From assembly GCA_951406725.2 (NCBI GenBank), contig OX597828.1, positions 24,242,001-24,306,000 on the forward strand: a stretch of DNA of 64,000 nucleotides, in the 5' to 3' direction. The position numbers and the translations under genes are program-made. Below are positions 40,444 through 54,914 of this stretch, one piece after another; position 1 is the stretch's first letter, and each line of letters opens with the position of its first letter. Below the pieces are notes generated by a model, which saw nothing but the letters and a program-made list of their open reading frames with translations, ran no database searches and was not told where the DNA came from. The stretch is from Octopus vulgaris. Lineage: Eukaryota.

Positions 40444-41137
40444 TCTTCTATTTCAGTCCTTTGTTTGCCATGAACTTAACAGACCTATTTTAAAAGGCGT
40501 TGCTTTGGGAACCATCACCATCCTGTTATTTGAAGTGTATCCAGGAATACACTACTCATTGTGCTATTCATCTCTTCAATACTGCAATGTATGTGTTGTA
40601 CGGTATTTCTTACCCTTTCTACCAGAACACCAACCAACCAACCAACCAACCAGCCAGCCAACCAACCAGCCAACCAGCCAACAACAAAACGGCTTCCCCG
40701 TTATCACGATAACCCTGAAGGCCGTGTACCAGACTAACAATTTTGTTGCGATTGTTCACGTATATTTCTTGAAGCAGGCGGGGGCCACTCTACGCTGATC
40801 TATTCTTTGATACCTTCATATAATATGCTTCAAGGGAGTGAGATATTTCTATATGACCTTAATAAGTTACAGACGAAGTTGTATGGGCAATATTTTTGAA
40901 AGACTATTGGTTTATCTAGAAACCGAATTTTGTTGTTTTATAGAAATGTTTAACTGGGATTTGTTTTGCTCATGCTTTTTTTTAGCAAAAGCAAATGTGA
41001 GGTACAAATACTGAAAACTTTCTGGTTTTAAGGGTATTGCGAAAGGCTTGATTGGAAGCCCGACCTTCCGAGTGCTTTTGCAGGGGTTAGAAAAACTGAA
41101 GGACCGCTGTAATAAATGTCTGAATCTGAGAAAGGAA

Positions 41138-41960
41138 TATGTATAATAATAAACGCGAAATTCTGTCTGTCCGTCAGGCAGGGAACCCTGTATCTCAGTC
41201 TACATTTGCTCAATATAGACGTATTATACATTTTAGAATCAGGATGATCACGGGATTGAAAATCTGCTCTTCATTTGGTTCTTGAACTTCCAGGATCGGG
41301 ATCAAGTCTGGATGAGGATTTGTTAGGTGCTAAATAGTTGAAAATTCAAATTTTAAAAGAATTCCAAAAATTTGTGAACTTACAAGTTTTTCATTTAAAA
41401 TGAATTTAAAGTAATAATCTATTGGTAGGGTAACACCATATTAGTAGGGTACCAATAAATGCTTTATTATAATTACTCTCTTTAGTTTGAAGCCGCAGGG
41501 TCACGTAGCCCTCCGCAGGAGCTAGCTTTAAAGTTCGCACAGAGTGCTGCTTTTAAGCTAATGTTGAATAAAATAATAATTAACCAAACCGAAAGCCAAG
41601 AACTTTTCAGCACCCTATCGTAATCTGAAATGCGTCGAACGGGGACCGAGCCAAAACATGACTGTATATTTGACGTCATGTCCTCGAAGATTAACCTTTG
41701 TTCGTCGTCAGTCGGGAATTAATAATGCGAAGGAGAAAAGAAATATCGATTTTACTTGTTTTTAAATCCAAGAAACGTAATTTATTCGTAGAATATGTTT
41801 GGCAGTAGTGAAGGTTGACGTACAACTCATTTGAATTTTTCTTCTTCATCGTTGATTTGGTAATGCTACAAGTAATGCACCGGACTAATAGTCTTGTGAT
41901 TGCTTGCATAACTTGGAGCAGAGTGGTTCCAGCTAAGCTAACTTGTAATTGATGTAAACT
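41138..41960 (+). mobile_element. Possible decayed Helitron (5' end plus Pif1 helicase traces)
   Basis: tataataataaacgcgaaattctgtctgt start; SPPQELALK (PPHxLxLK-like), P..INL, ITWSRV (VAxSRV-like). Confidence 0.4.
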
Positions 41961-42437
41961 AAAGTAACGGTTTCTTATGAATTAACGATACTTTACGACG
42001 TTACTTCTTTACAGGAATACGCTGGCACAGTAGATCTATTAGTAATACTGTCTACTTACAAAAGCACATCAGTGAAATATTATTTGCTATAAATTTGCCA
42101 TACTAATGGTTACGTTTGTACGTTCATTTCTAATACGGCTCCGTTACAAACGGATAAACCAGTACTATTAATCGTCATATTCTTCTCATATTATGAGTTT
42201 CTTTTTTTTTTTTTCTTAATTCATAATATCGGTCCGTTACAAATGTGTCGTTATAGTGCTGCTATACAAACGAGTGCATTTGCACATTCATTCACAATAT
42301 TGAAATGTGTAACCTTGTATACATGGTCGTTATGACCCTCCAAAATACACATACACATACATGTGTGTATATACGTGTATATATATATATATATATATAT
42401 AAATATATAAATGTGTGTATATATATACACACACACA

Positions 42438-42472
<35 letters not shown>

Positions 42473-42619
42473 GAAATTTATTACAAGAAGAACATAGAAA
42501 CTACACGAGGAAATGGAAGGGGAAAGTAAGAAGAAAAATAAGCGAAAATGCAGATTGGAAATCAAAAAGGGTAAAGGCTTTTTATGAAAAGTATATATAT
42601 ATACATATATTACTCACAA

Positions 42620-42832
42620 GGAGTAAACATAGAGGAGACAAACAAGGACAGACATAGGTATTAAGTCGATTACATCGACCCCAGTGCGTAACTGGTACTT
42701 AATTTATCGACCCCGAAAGAATGAAAGGCAAAGTCGACATCGGTGGAATTTGAACTCAGAACGCAGCGGCAGACGAAATACCGCTACGCATTTCGCCCGG
42801 GGTGCTAACGTTTCAGCCAGCTCGTCGCCTTA
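42620..42832 (-). mobile_element. SINE family C
   Basis: Reverse complement of the 10369 unit. Confidence 0.9.
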
Positions 42833-43865
42833 ATAGTATTATAATATTATTAATATAATAAATCAATTACTCACATTTCTTCGGGTGCATTATAAACGCA
42901 ACATAGAATAAATTCCAACAAAATTCTGTTATTTTTTTCATGATTATTTTGAAATTACGGTTGGATTTTATATAATTTTTTATACGTTTTGTTAGAGATT
43001 TTTAAAATATTGCTAAATCGATTTATACGTGAATTCATTCCAAATATCGCCATATTGTTTAGTCTTATATAGGAGCACTAGATCATATTTTCTGACATCA
43101 TGATTGACATACATATGGCAACTGCTTAAGCTCTAATACAAAAATATTGCAATTCATCGATTGAAAGACAAATTGAGCTGTCAAATATTCATATATGTAT
43201 ATGCATGTATGGGTACGTACGTGCATGTGTGCTTTGATGCATATAGACACATCGATGACGTAGAACAACACTTGACAAAGAAAAAATCCGCTTCCGACAA
43301 TATAAACAAATACAATTCTGTGAGCACACAGATAGTTGTGCTAGGAACCTTTAACTAAACTTCCTAATTTTCCCTTTTTATCAATGTTCCCAGAATGCCT
43401 CAGTGCAGCAAAGACTAAATAAACTGGCGATGTCATTAATAAACATCAGCCACAACTTAATACAGATCACTACTAACATTACTAATAGCATTATTCTCAC
43501 TAATCCACATACATTCCATACACCATTCAAATTCTAGTAATCATATCTACCTTAATTGCATCACTTTCAGAAATGCTTGCCCGCATTGCATGCAATCTTT
43601 TCACTCAGGTACTATCAGAAACAACACCGTTTCGAAATCGGTGTTGGTTCAAAGTCAGTGACCAGCTATGGCGAAACCGTTATGACTTTTAATAATGACC
43701 CAAAATAATGATTTTTATACTTCTTAACTCTACCTCAAATCATTTATTTGTATGTATATATCTTTGTTTTTGTTTTTAAAGAAGTCATTATCTTTATACC
43801 TAGTGTTAATTTTCCTTGTTTCATCATACTATTTATACCACGTGTAGTCTTTTTTCTTTGAAACC

Positions 43866-43948
<83 letters not shown>

Positions 43949-44246
43949 CAAAATGGGACAAGACCGCAAAACATCCGGACAGCTAGGTGATACAAAAATG
44001 GGACAACAAAACATTCAGATAGACGGTGCGAAGAAAAATACAAGGACGGGTCATTCGAAGTTTTCTTTCCTCAGTCAACCACCAGATTATCCTCGCAATT
44101 TCGGCTGATTATACTTGAGATTGCTCCAATCTGGCCAGCCTCCAAGGATAAACTAAGCTGAGAGCATTAGATTCCTTGGAAGAAAGCAGCGAATGTATAT
44201 ACATATATACATACATACATACATACATACATACATACATACATAC

Positions 44247-44314
<68 letters not shown>

Positions 44315-44919
44315 GATATATAGATATATATTCATATAGAGAAGGAAACCGATCTAAACACACCAAGCAGGTGGTCAGTCAAAATGCCAATCAGAAACTA
44401 GAATACATACAACACACACAAACACAGATACACACACAGACAGACACGCAGATACAGACATAGATATTTACAGACATAGATATCATGAATACATATATAT
44501 ATACGTCCTTATAAACAAACTGAAATAGGAAGATGTTTACGAGAGTCATTGACCAAAACAGGAAGTGGGAGTCGGAGGAGGAGGAGTGAAAGAAGAGAAG
44601 GAACTGAAGAGGGAGGCGAGAGATCAAAATCCGGAGTGATCGGAAATAAGGGGAGTAGTAAGAGGTGAGCGTTTCGAGTGCAGAAGCCAGATAAACTGGG
44701 TCAGAAAGCAGCAATAGGGAGGAACAGATCCTCTATTATTAACCAACCAATCGTCAACTAATCAATCAATCGATTACCCTATCAATTGTTATATCTCATA
44801 CTATAATGTGATAAAAAGACCCATTGGCCTGAAGCTTTTTCCTCTGATCACAATAATCTCTCTCCCTTCTCTCTCTCTCCCTCTCTCTCTCCCTTCTCTC
44901 TCTCTCTCTCTGTCTCCCT

Positions 44920-44963
<44 letters not shown>

Positions 44964-45301
44964 TTTCTGTGTAGTTAGCCTGAACTTCGTCAGTTTACAG
45001 AGAAAATGCGTGTTTTTCTTGTTCTCTATTTGTGTGTGTGTGTGTGTGAGACTATGTGTGTGTGGGTGTGTGCATGTGTATGCGTCTCTCTCTCCCTCTG
45101 TCTCTGTCTCTCTCTCTCGCTTAACATATCTCCTTTTCCTTGTCTCTCGATTTCTTATTTCTCCCTCTCTCGTCTTTTCTTCTTACTCTGTGTGTTTCTG
45201 TCTATTTCTCGCTTTTTACCGCTCTCCTTATTTTTTCACTCCGTTCATCTCCCTATATTGACTGCTTGCGCTGATGTGTGTGTCTCAATGTTGTAATCTG
45301 C

Positions 45302-45368
<67 letters not shown>

Positions 45369-45579
45369 ACTGACTATCTATCTATCTATGTCTCTATATA
45401 TATGCATGTATGTATGTATGTATGTATGTATGTATGTATGTATGTATGTATGTATATTATGCATGTATATTTATCTCTGTTTATTTCGCTCTCCCTCTCA
45501 CGGTACCTCGCTATAAAGGTCTATAAAGGTATCCTTAGCGATCAAACTATCAATTAAATCGTCTGACGGAACAGGAAAT

Positions 45580-46100
45580 CATGGCTAATAATTTGGCGAA
45601 GTACTAGTTTTGTTCCGGTCAAATTTTTATACATCACCCTTTTCAATGTAAGACCATATTTTTATAGTAACTGAAAACTTATTTCATATTATATTAGCTG
45701 ATGTTGATATAATATATCTATCGAAGGTGTGTAATTGTATCCTATCGGATAATTCCATAGATCTGTATTCGATCTACATCTTGATGAAGCTGCCGCATAC
45801 CATGCCCAGTTTCTTGTCCGTTGTTCTGCAAGATACAGACATAGCTAATTGGTCGAGATATTTTCTTCCCAAGCTTAATATTCCATGCGCGATCTCATTC
45901 GCAGCGACTTTTGATGGGACCACTAACATAATCATAGCTCGATATATTTGCATAAACCTTTTTCATAAAGCAGTCATTGGAAAAAGCGGCCTGTGGGACT
46001 TTTTGAATCCTACGGTAATGAAATGTAGCCATGAAATTTTTAGTAGTTTAGCCCGCCTAATGATAAATCATTTCTCATGTGGCCCTCGTCTAGAAGAAAG
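45580..46100 (-). pseudogene. Possible decayed Helitron Pif1 helicase fragment
   Basis: LVVPSKVAANEIAHGILSL and LTLKRVMYKNLTGTKLVLRQI resemble ILAPxNxxVxEIN and LxLKxG..LRNL..NGTRL. Confidence 0.4.
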
Positions 46101-47266
46101 TGTACCTATGCCTGACTTAAGATAATTGAGTTTGGTAAACGATTTTTAAAATAGTATCTATGAATCCATTACCTGTCAAACGGTGGTTGATTTGAGGCAG
46201 ATTTGTCTCTTCTTTTCTAACATGCGAAACAGCTGTGTAGAATCTCATTAAACTCAACAACATTACTTATCGAATGATCTAAGTCATTCGAGTCAACGAC
46301 CTTCCACTCTTTTCAGAAATATTTACACCTAAATTATCGAATATATGTCTCTAAAAAACGGCTAGTTTTCTATACAATAGAGATTTGGTAAACATTTCTA
46401 GCAGGTCAACTGATCAAGTAGAACTTCCCTCACTGTTTCGCATCATAAAGCAGACGACCGATATTTGTCAATATAAACAAAATGGCGGCTACAACACAAT
46501 ACAGATGTTTTCAGTTACTCGTATTAACTGTACTGCAACTTTTTAACGGTTAGTTACGTCACGTAATGTTTATGAAGAGAATAAAGGTGAATAGAATCTG
46601 TCAGCAGACCACATCAGAGTTTACTGACTTCGACGAGAAGTCTTATGTCTTAAAATGAAATGAAATGGTTCATTAGACAAGTGAAATAATGTCAGCCTAT
46701 TCGTTTTTCCGGGACTGATTCAGTCATTTCTCACTTGTTCCATTCTCCCAAGCATTTATCGATCTCATCCATTATATAATTTGGCACAGACTTTATCAAC
46801 TCTCAGTGAGAACTGGTGAGTGTATAATCTACTGTCTCCACATATAATGACAAATTGCCTGCAACAGAGACACAATGGTGCCGACGGCGCATAAAATGCT
46901 AAACATAACAGGTAAGCGCTTTATAAATGTCTATAAATCAGACAAGTAGCTCATAAATGTTTATATTCACAAATGTATATAAAATAAAGAATAAATTAGT
47001 TGATGTAGGCATCATATAATCAAGAGCTATATGATAACTTTACAGCACAATGTAATAATTTCGGTCGATCATCTGTTCAAACCTGGAAGAGACTAATACC
47101 GGCTACATTTAAAAGCACACACACACAAACACACACTCACACACACACGCACACACACTCATACACACACACAAACAGATATATATGCACATATACATGC
47201 AGATAAGTGTGTATTGATCTCTCCCTCTCTATCTCTCTCTGTCTCTCTGTATAGATAGATAGATAA

Positions 47267-47395
<129 letters not shown>

Positions 47396-47441
47396 TAGAT
47401 AGATAGATAGATCAAAATAAGCAACAGGATATCCAGAGGTG

Positions 47442-47529
47442 ATGCAGTACGACCGTTTCAAGCGGCTCCATTTAATTTAACAATTCTATCATTACATCAA
47501 TTTATATGCAGGGTTATCCTCAGATGCAT
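47442..47529 (-). ncRNA. Minimal HHR with long stem II (Penelope-like fragment 47410-47960)
   Basis: atgcat CTGAGGA .. GAAAC ggtc GTA ctgcat. Confidence 0.65.
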
Positions 47530-48574
47530 AAACAAATCAGTCAGACATTTTAATATAATTTTACTCAAAAGCTCTAAAAGAGGACGAAGATGGGAAAAAA
47601 TCCATGTTGCCACTAATGTAGCTAAGAATATACTACACTTCGAAGAAGTGTATGGAGTTTTTTGGAGTAATAGCTTGTAAAGGATTGTGATTCGTTTTTA
47701 ATTTATTAATCTTTTTATCAACTCCAAAATCTAAGACTAGTGGACTGTGTCTGTTTAGAATGGAAGGCAGGAGTGAGTTGACAGCACATTGCTAGGTATG
47801 GTCATAAATTTTGTCACTATATATGCCCCAAATTCAATAAAAGTACGAAGGTTACCCTGATTACTGTGCATAAATTACAAAATAATTTATTTTTTTGTAG
47901 ATTAGTTAATCATAAATTCCTTTCAATCTCAGTATTTAAGCTACGCATAGCATTGCTGTTTTACACGAACAATGTGCAGTCCTACAACATTTTCTTTACG
48001 TAGTATAAAGGCAGAAGTAAAACTGCCTCCAACTCAGTCGCGCGCCTGTGTTTCGCTTTTTTTTTTTTTGTGTTTTACTACACAAAGGTCACCAACTGCC
48101 TACACTGAGTAATTACTGACGACACACGCCTGATATACATATATACACAAATACATATACATATAGGCATGTGAGCGCTTCTTTGTGTCTGCGTGTGTAT
48201 GTGTGTATTTATCGATGTATAAACAGTTCACCAATAAATACAAACGTACTGCAGCAACTGTCAACATAGAAGACAGTAATTTATTACATATTGTATATAA
48301 TAGACACCAGGTTAAATAAAATATATAATGAAGCTACAACAACTCTTTCCAGTGTTCACCGCTCTTCGATAGGAAATAACGAGATCAATCAATACAGAAA
48401 TCGATAGATAAATATAGACTAACATTCTTGTTGATATTATTCTGTCGTATTTTCGAGCGGGGGCGTTTATGTTTCGTTCTATTTTTCCACTTATTTTTGT
48501 TATATTTTTCTGTCTCAGCCACTTCTGATATCTCTTCTGATATATATATATATATACACAGACATACATACATA

Positions 48575-48659
<85 letters not shown>

Positions 48660-48950
48660 GTATGTATGTATGTATAAAACTACACACACACACATAGACT
48701 AACAAATTTTGATTACTTGAAATAATTAGTCGCTTACGTATCGATTTAACATTTTACCTTCCTTTCTCTCTTAACGTCCCTCTCTCGATTTCTTCTCCCT
48801 CTCTCTTTAGCTCTCTCTCTCTCTCTCTCTCTGTATGTATCTTTAGATACATATGCATATATACATACTTATATATATATGTACATGTGCATATATATAT
48901 ATGCACATATCTATACACATATATATATATATACCATATATGTGTATCTG

Positions 48951-48996
<46 letters not shown>

Positions 48997-49080
48997 AGTG
49001 TCTGTGTATGCATATATACATATATATTTATTTACATATTCATATATCCATATATATATATATATATACATATACATATG

Positions 49081-49125
<45 letters not shown>

Positions 49126-50078
49126 GTACATGTACATATATATATTCACATATCTATACATATATATGTATATATAGTATATATGTGTGTCTGTGTGTAT
49201 GTATTTATATATGTATATATATATATGTGTGTGTGTGCGTGTGTGAGTGTCTGTGTATGCATATATACAGATATATTTATTTACATATTCATATATCCAT
49301 ATATATATATATATATATATATAATATTGCGCACATATATGTAATTACTGATATAGATAAATAGATAAAACATTTTATGTGTGTATGCATGTGTTTTCGT
49401 GTGTGTATCTATGTGTGTGTGTGTGTATATGTGTTTATGGTTGGGCGCATACAAGTACATGCGCACTTGTAAATACATCGGTTCAAAACCTACTGCGCAA
49501 TTTATATTTCTCAGATACAATGAACATCAGAATGTTCAGACAGCACAATCACACATACGTTTGTACTATTCTGCATTTCAAACAACCAAAAATCTATGAA
49601 CAACAAGAATTTAGCATAAACCACACCTATACTATACTCGTAAGAGTTTTTTTTTTATATTCAACTCTTTCTCTTCGCTTTTACGCTGTTACCTGACATA
49701 ATTCTTGCCAGCCAAAGAGGAAGTTTGTATTTGGCAATAGGAATGGCTAAAAATAGCAGCAAGTTCTCTTCTTCAAATGTTATTGTGTTAGCATAAAACG
49801 AGAAGAATACATTGTTAGTTGCAATCATCGTTGTACATTCTGCATAAAAACAGAGATAATCATGATTGGAACCAACCCCACTACAACTGACTAAAAGCGA
49901 GCTAATTCAGATTTCATATAGAACAACTACACTCTCTCAACATAGTTAGTCCTTATATATACAGCGTGTATGAGTATGCACATGAATGAATCCTTATATG
50001 TATGTGCGTATATGAGTGTATGTGTATGTAAATCATATATACATATACATATATATATATTATACACACACACACATG

Positions 50079-50141
<63 letters not shown>

Positions 50142-50144
50142 AGT

Positions 50145-50235
50145 TTTTAGTACAATCGTTTCATACAAAGACAGGCTTTATTAAAAGTTGCAAAAATTGC
50201 AGCATATAAACGTGTCCCGTACTCATCAGCTAAAA
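50145..50235 (-). ncRNA. Minimal HHR with long stem II and intact core
   Basis: ttttag CTGATGA gtacgggaca..tgtctttgtat GAAAC gatt GTA ctaaaa, then (TA)n. Confidence 0.8.
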
Positions 50236-50330
50236 TACATGTGAGTTCTCTAGACATCTTAGTGGTTGAGGCTATACTCATGAAGTAATGTAGATAATTA
50301 AGTAACATCTCGCTTATAATCACCCCACAT

Positions 50331-50401
<71 letters not shown>

Positions 50402-50499
50402 CACATGAATATGGTACTTAAGTTCAGGCACCAGAATTTAGTACGGTATTTAGTAAGGTGATTAAAATCAAAATAAGCAACAAGGATATCCAGAGGTTA

Positions 50500-50586
50500 T
50501 GCAGTATGATCGTTTTATGCAACTCCACTTAATTGAACAATGCAATCATTACATCAATTTAGAATGCAGAGCAATCCTCAGCTGCA
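50500..50586 (-). ncRNA. Degenerate paralogue of the 47442 HHR
   Basis: tgcag CTGAGGA .. aAAAC gatc aTA ctgca. Confidence 0.6.
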
Positions 50587-50829
50587 CAAAGACATAGAAT
50601 TAAATAAATTAGAACAGATGGACACATTAGTATAATTATACCTAAAATCTCCAAGAAATTAAGGAGATAGGCAAAGAACATGCTGTCTCCAATCCAGCAT
50701 AGAAGTTGCTTGCTCTACAAGTGAGTGAGTTAGTGAGTGGGTGAGTACGTGAGTGAGTGAGTGCGGGAGTGAGTGAGTGAGTAAATGAGTGAGTGAGTAA
50801 GTGAGTGAGTAAGTGAGTGATTCCCCGGG

Positions 50830-51180
50830 CAATTTACAATGTTTGTTAAAACTTCCATATTTTTCTTTTGTAATTCTTAGAATGTGTTCGCTTCACATAT
50901 CAAATACAGGAAAAGAAACAGAATTCAACAGCCAGCCTGAAAGTTACAACTACCCTCAATATTCCTAATATGTGCGTCCATCTCCAGGCCAGGAGTACAA
51001 CAGATACCTCATACACGTTTGGACGATACTCAGAGGAAATATGTCGGTCTAACAGCCTATAAATTCAAAGCACATCACTACGTCCACTCAACATTCTTTA
51101 GACGGGTAAAATTCTACGTCGCTTTTCCAATTCGTCTGGAACATACGTTATCCAATGACATGGATCACCCACAATAAAAC
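50830..51180 (+). pseudogene. Decayed GIY-YIG endonuclease fragment of a Penelope-like element
   Basis: RKYVGLTAYKFKAHHYVHSTFFR resembles the PLE motif YIGLT..FKxRxxNHxxSF. Confidence 0.5.
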
Positions 51181-52395
51181 CACGCTGCATACGTAAATAC
51201 TCACACGTACACCCACACACTCACTCACGTAGACATACGCGCACACACACACACACACACACACATACACACACACACACAAACATACACGCACATGCAT
51301 GCGGATCCATGCACGTTTTCACAGGCCTGTTGCATGCGAGGCTCTAGTAATACTAGAAATCGTGACGCATATTCTAGCAAATATTGGCGGCAATGAAATG
51401 TTGCTGACCTCTTACAGTCTTATCGATATCTTGTTTCAACTATATTGTCACGCTGCTCAGATATATTAGTCGTTGCAATAATGATCAACATGAACCACGG
51501 AGAAACAATCATATACAATTTCAAAACACTTTCTTATCATGCAATGTATACGTGTATACATACACGTACAAACACACACACGCACGCACGAACGCACGAA
51601 CACACATACATAAATGCATACATACATGCATACATACATGCATACATACATACATACATACATACATACATACATACATACATACATACATACATACATA
51701 CATACATACACCAATCTTGAAAAATTAGGCTTCTCAAAACCAGAAATGAGAAAGTTTATTCGAAGACAAGAGATCCAATCCATCACTGGAACTGTAAAGA
51801 TCTGTAAAGCTTTGCAGAAGTTTATCATTTAAGTATATATTTGAGCATGTCTAGATATGCAACTATATGCATGAGAATGCATACATAAAGCAAAACACAA
51901 ATCTGTACATATACATACATGCATACACTCATACATGCATAAAACAAAAATACCCTGTTGTTGATGTTAAAATTCCGATGAAAGAGCCTTGGGTCTAAGT
52001 TAGAAACTGGCTTTTTCTCTTTGGCAAGAAATCTTGAAATAAAACTGAACAACCACATACATACATAGATACATACATACATACATACATACATACATAC
52101 ATACATACATACATACATACATACATACATACATACATACATACACATGTATATTGCTAATAATATTGTGCTGCAAGCCATATAAGAATATGTGATCAAT
52201 ACATACAAATTTAATAGCGGATACTATTAATATATTAAAGTCCAATGTTTATTTAAATATTAAGTTTCACTATCGAAATACTGTCTTCAAAACGTTTAGT
52301 AGCTCGAAACTATAACACTGAAGCTGATATTAAACCGCCATTGAATTAAGCGTTTGTATGTTTTGATAAATGTAGGTGTGAGTGTGTGAGCATGC

Positions 52396-52460
<65 letters not shown>

Positions 52461-52508
52461 CATACATACACAAAGGCGTACATATACATTCATATATATA
52501 TATTCATG

Positions 52509-52540
<32 letters not shown>

Positions 52541-53220
52541 CGTACGCAGGCATCTATATCATATATGCCTGTGTGCATTTTAATATGTATATATAAGTAC
52601 GTGTGTGTGTGTGTCCCGGTATGTGTTGTCTGCAATTATATACGCAGAATGTAAATCTTCCATTTCCAGTAAAAATGTTTCTTTGCAAAATAATCAAATT
52701 TTAATGTCAGTATAAACCAAAATAGACAGAATAATAAATAGAAAACAATTTATTAGAATATCGCCTCTTGGTATGTTTGAAATTTTGCTAAGACAAACAT
52801 ACACCTATGTAAGATAGGATATTCATTGCTACAGACTCACGAACATGTATCCGTCTATGTACGTGAATATCTAAGTGTTTTATTTAATATTTGTGAATGT
52901 TTGTGTGCGTGTGTGTGTGTCTGTGTGTGTGTGTGTGTCTGTGTGTGTGTCTGTGTATGAGTGAGCGTGTGTGAGTTAAGATAAAACTAACGTGAAGTTC
53001 GCATCTTAGTACACGTTTACTCAAAATACAAGAGAAAAGAGAAAAGAATAATATCTTATACGTATGTGTGTAACTGTGTGCTGGTGAATTTCTCTGTGTG
53101 TGTGGGGGCGGGTGTTTGTGTGTGTTATAATGTTATAATGGGAAATTCACAGCTGACTAGTACAAGAGAAAAGGGCAAATGAAATATTTGTATACATATA
53201 TGTGTGCGAGCTTGAGTTTC

Positions 53221-53290
<70 letters not shown>

Positions 53291-54269
53291 ACTGAACATC
53301 AAATTTGAATTAGTCCCGTGCAAGAAATAAAACGAAAAGTAAAATTCTAGAGAGCTTCATTTTAGTAAATTCAGTTACCATTTAGTTCACCCCCTACCAA
53401 ACACTAACACCTTTCGTCGACAAATTGTTCTTTCTTTATCACCAAATTTATCATGTTGTCCAAAGAACGAAATTCACAGTAGACTGTTAAAATATTTATC
53501 AGCTGACACTTAAATGAGCCAATCAGTTTTCTTATTAATCAAAATGATTGAAATTCATCCTTCAACGTGGTGAATAACTCAATGCGCTAAACAACCAAAT
53601 AGTTATTTGGTCGTATAAGTAGAGTGATATTAAGCCATTTAAACACAACGGGTAGATTAATTATTAATTATTAATTTGTCCGAACCTAAAATGACTTTCA
53701 ACTTATATCCGACTAAATTCAATTCATTACACGAATAAGTAATTATTTAATAGTGGTTTGCTTGGCAGAGTTGCCGCATGAATTATCGAAACGGCTGTTG
53801 ATATGAATTGGAGTTTTGTAACATCAATAAAGTTTATCGTTTTGTATTGTTCCTACTGTTTCACTGTCATCATTCATTTCAACGGATTACAAAATATAAT
53901 GGAGTAGTGTGCGTTCTAGTGATATTGCACTGAAGCAATACTAGATTGGTGTTCAAGGATTTGTTAAAGAATTGTGGTTTAAGGCCATAATTTCCATCGT
54001 CCATAATTGCTTACAATGTAAATTTGATGCATATACACATAGTCATATGAATATGCATATATATATATATATATATATGCATATACATGCCTGCACACAC
54101 GCACACATATGCATGCACACACACATGCACGCGCACACACGCACAGACACACACACTTACACACACACACACATACATATATTATAACTTGCTCAGGTTG
54201 TGGATATAATTATATACGACAGACAAGTATGGCACTTAGACAGAGAAAGTGAGGCACTAGTTTAATTTA

Positions 54270-54500
54270 ATCTTTGATATTAGTTTTGGAACTTAACTGA
54301 CGAAGTTCACAGGAATATTGAAAACACATGCATAACTGTCTCTCTATTTTCCGAATAATAAGCACTTTAAAGAGTGCCGAAAACTTGTGGCAACCAAAGA
54401 TTACAGGTATTAACCCGTTACCCATATAAATCCTACCAGAAATAAAACCGAACCTGAGCCAAACCAAAATAAGTTTAATTATAATAATAATAATAATTAT
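54270..54500 (+). mobile_element. 3' end of an R4/Dong-like LINE with (TAA)n tail
   Basis: Paralogous to 55590-55728 + 57097-57140; ends in ataataataa. Confidence 0.7.
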
Positions 54501-54900
54501 CCTTTCTACTATAGGCACAAGGCCTGAAATTTGTGGGGGAGGGATATAGTCGATCACATCAACACCAGTGCTTCACTGGTACATAATTTATCGACCCTGA
54601 AAGGATGAAAGGATAAAGACGACCTCGGTGCAATTTGAACTCAGAACGTAGCGACGAGTGAAATACCTATTTCTTTACTACCCACAAGGGGCTAAACACA
54701 GAGGGGATAAACAAGGACAGACGAACGGTTTAAGTCGATTACGTCGACCCCAGTGCGTAACTGGTGCTTAATTTATCGACCCCGAAATGATGAAAGGCAA
54801 AGTCGACCTCGGCGGAATATGAACTCAGAACGCAGCGGCGGACGAAATACCCCTAAGCATTTCACCCGGTGTAATAAAAATTCTGCCAGCACGCTGCCTT
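54498..54900 (-). mobile_element. SINE family C, tandem dimer
   Basis: Two units of tttatcgacc..gatgaaagg..aaag.cgacctcgg..gaactcagaacg. Confidence 0.88.
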
Positions 54901-54914
54901 AATAATTATATTAA

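Noticed and set aside
40079-40798. 239-aa poly-Ser/Gly ORF
   Set aside because: Trinucleotide microsatellite preceded by repeat-like sequence; no domain or splice evidence.
46479-46490. YY1-like motif aaaatggcggct
   Set aside because: A single short motif without supporting context.
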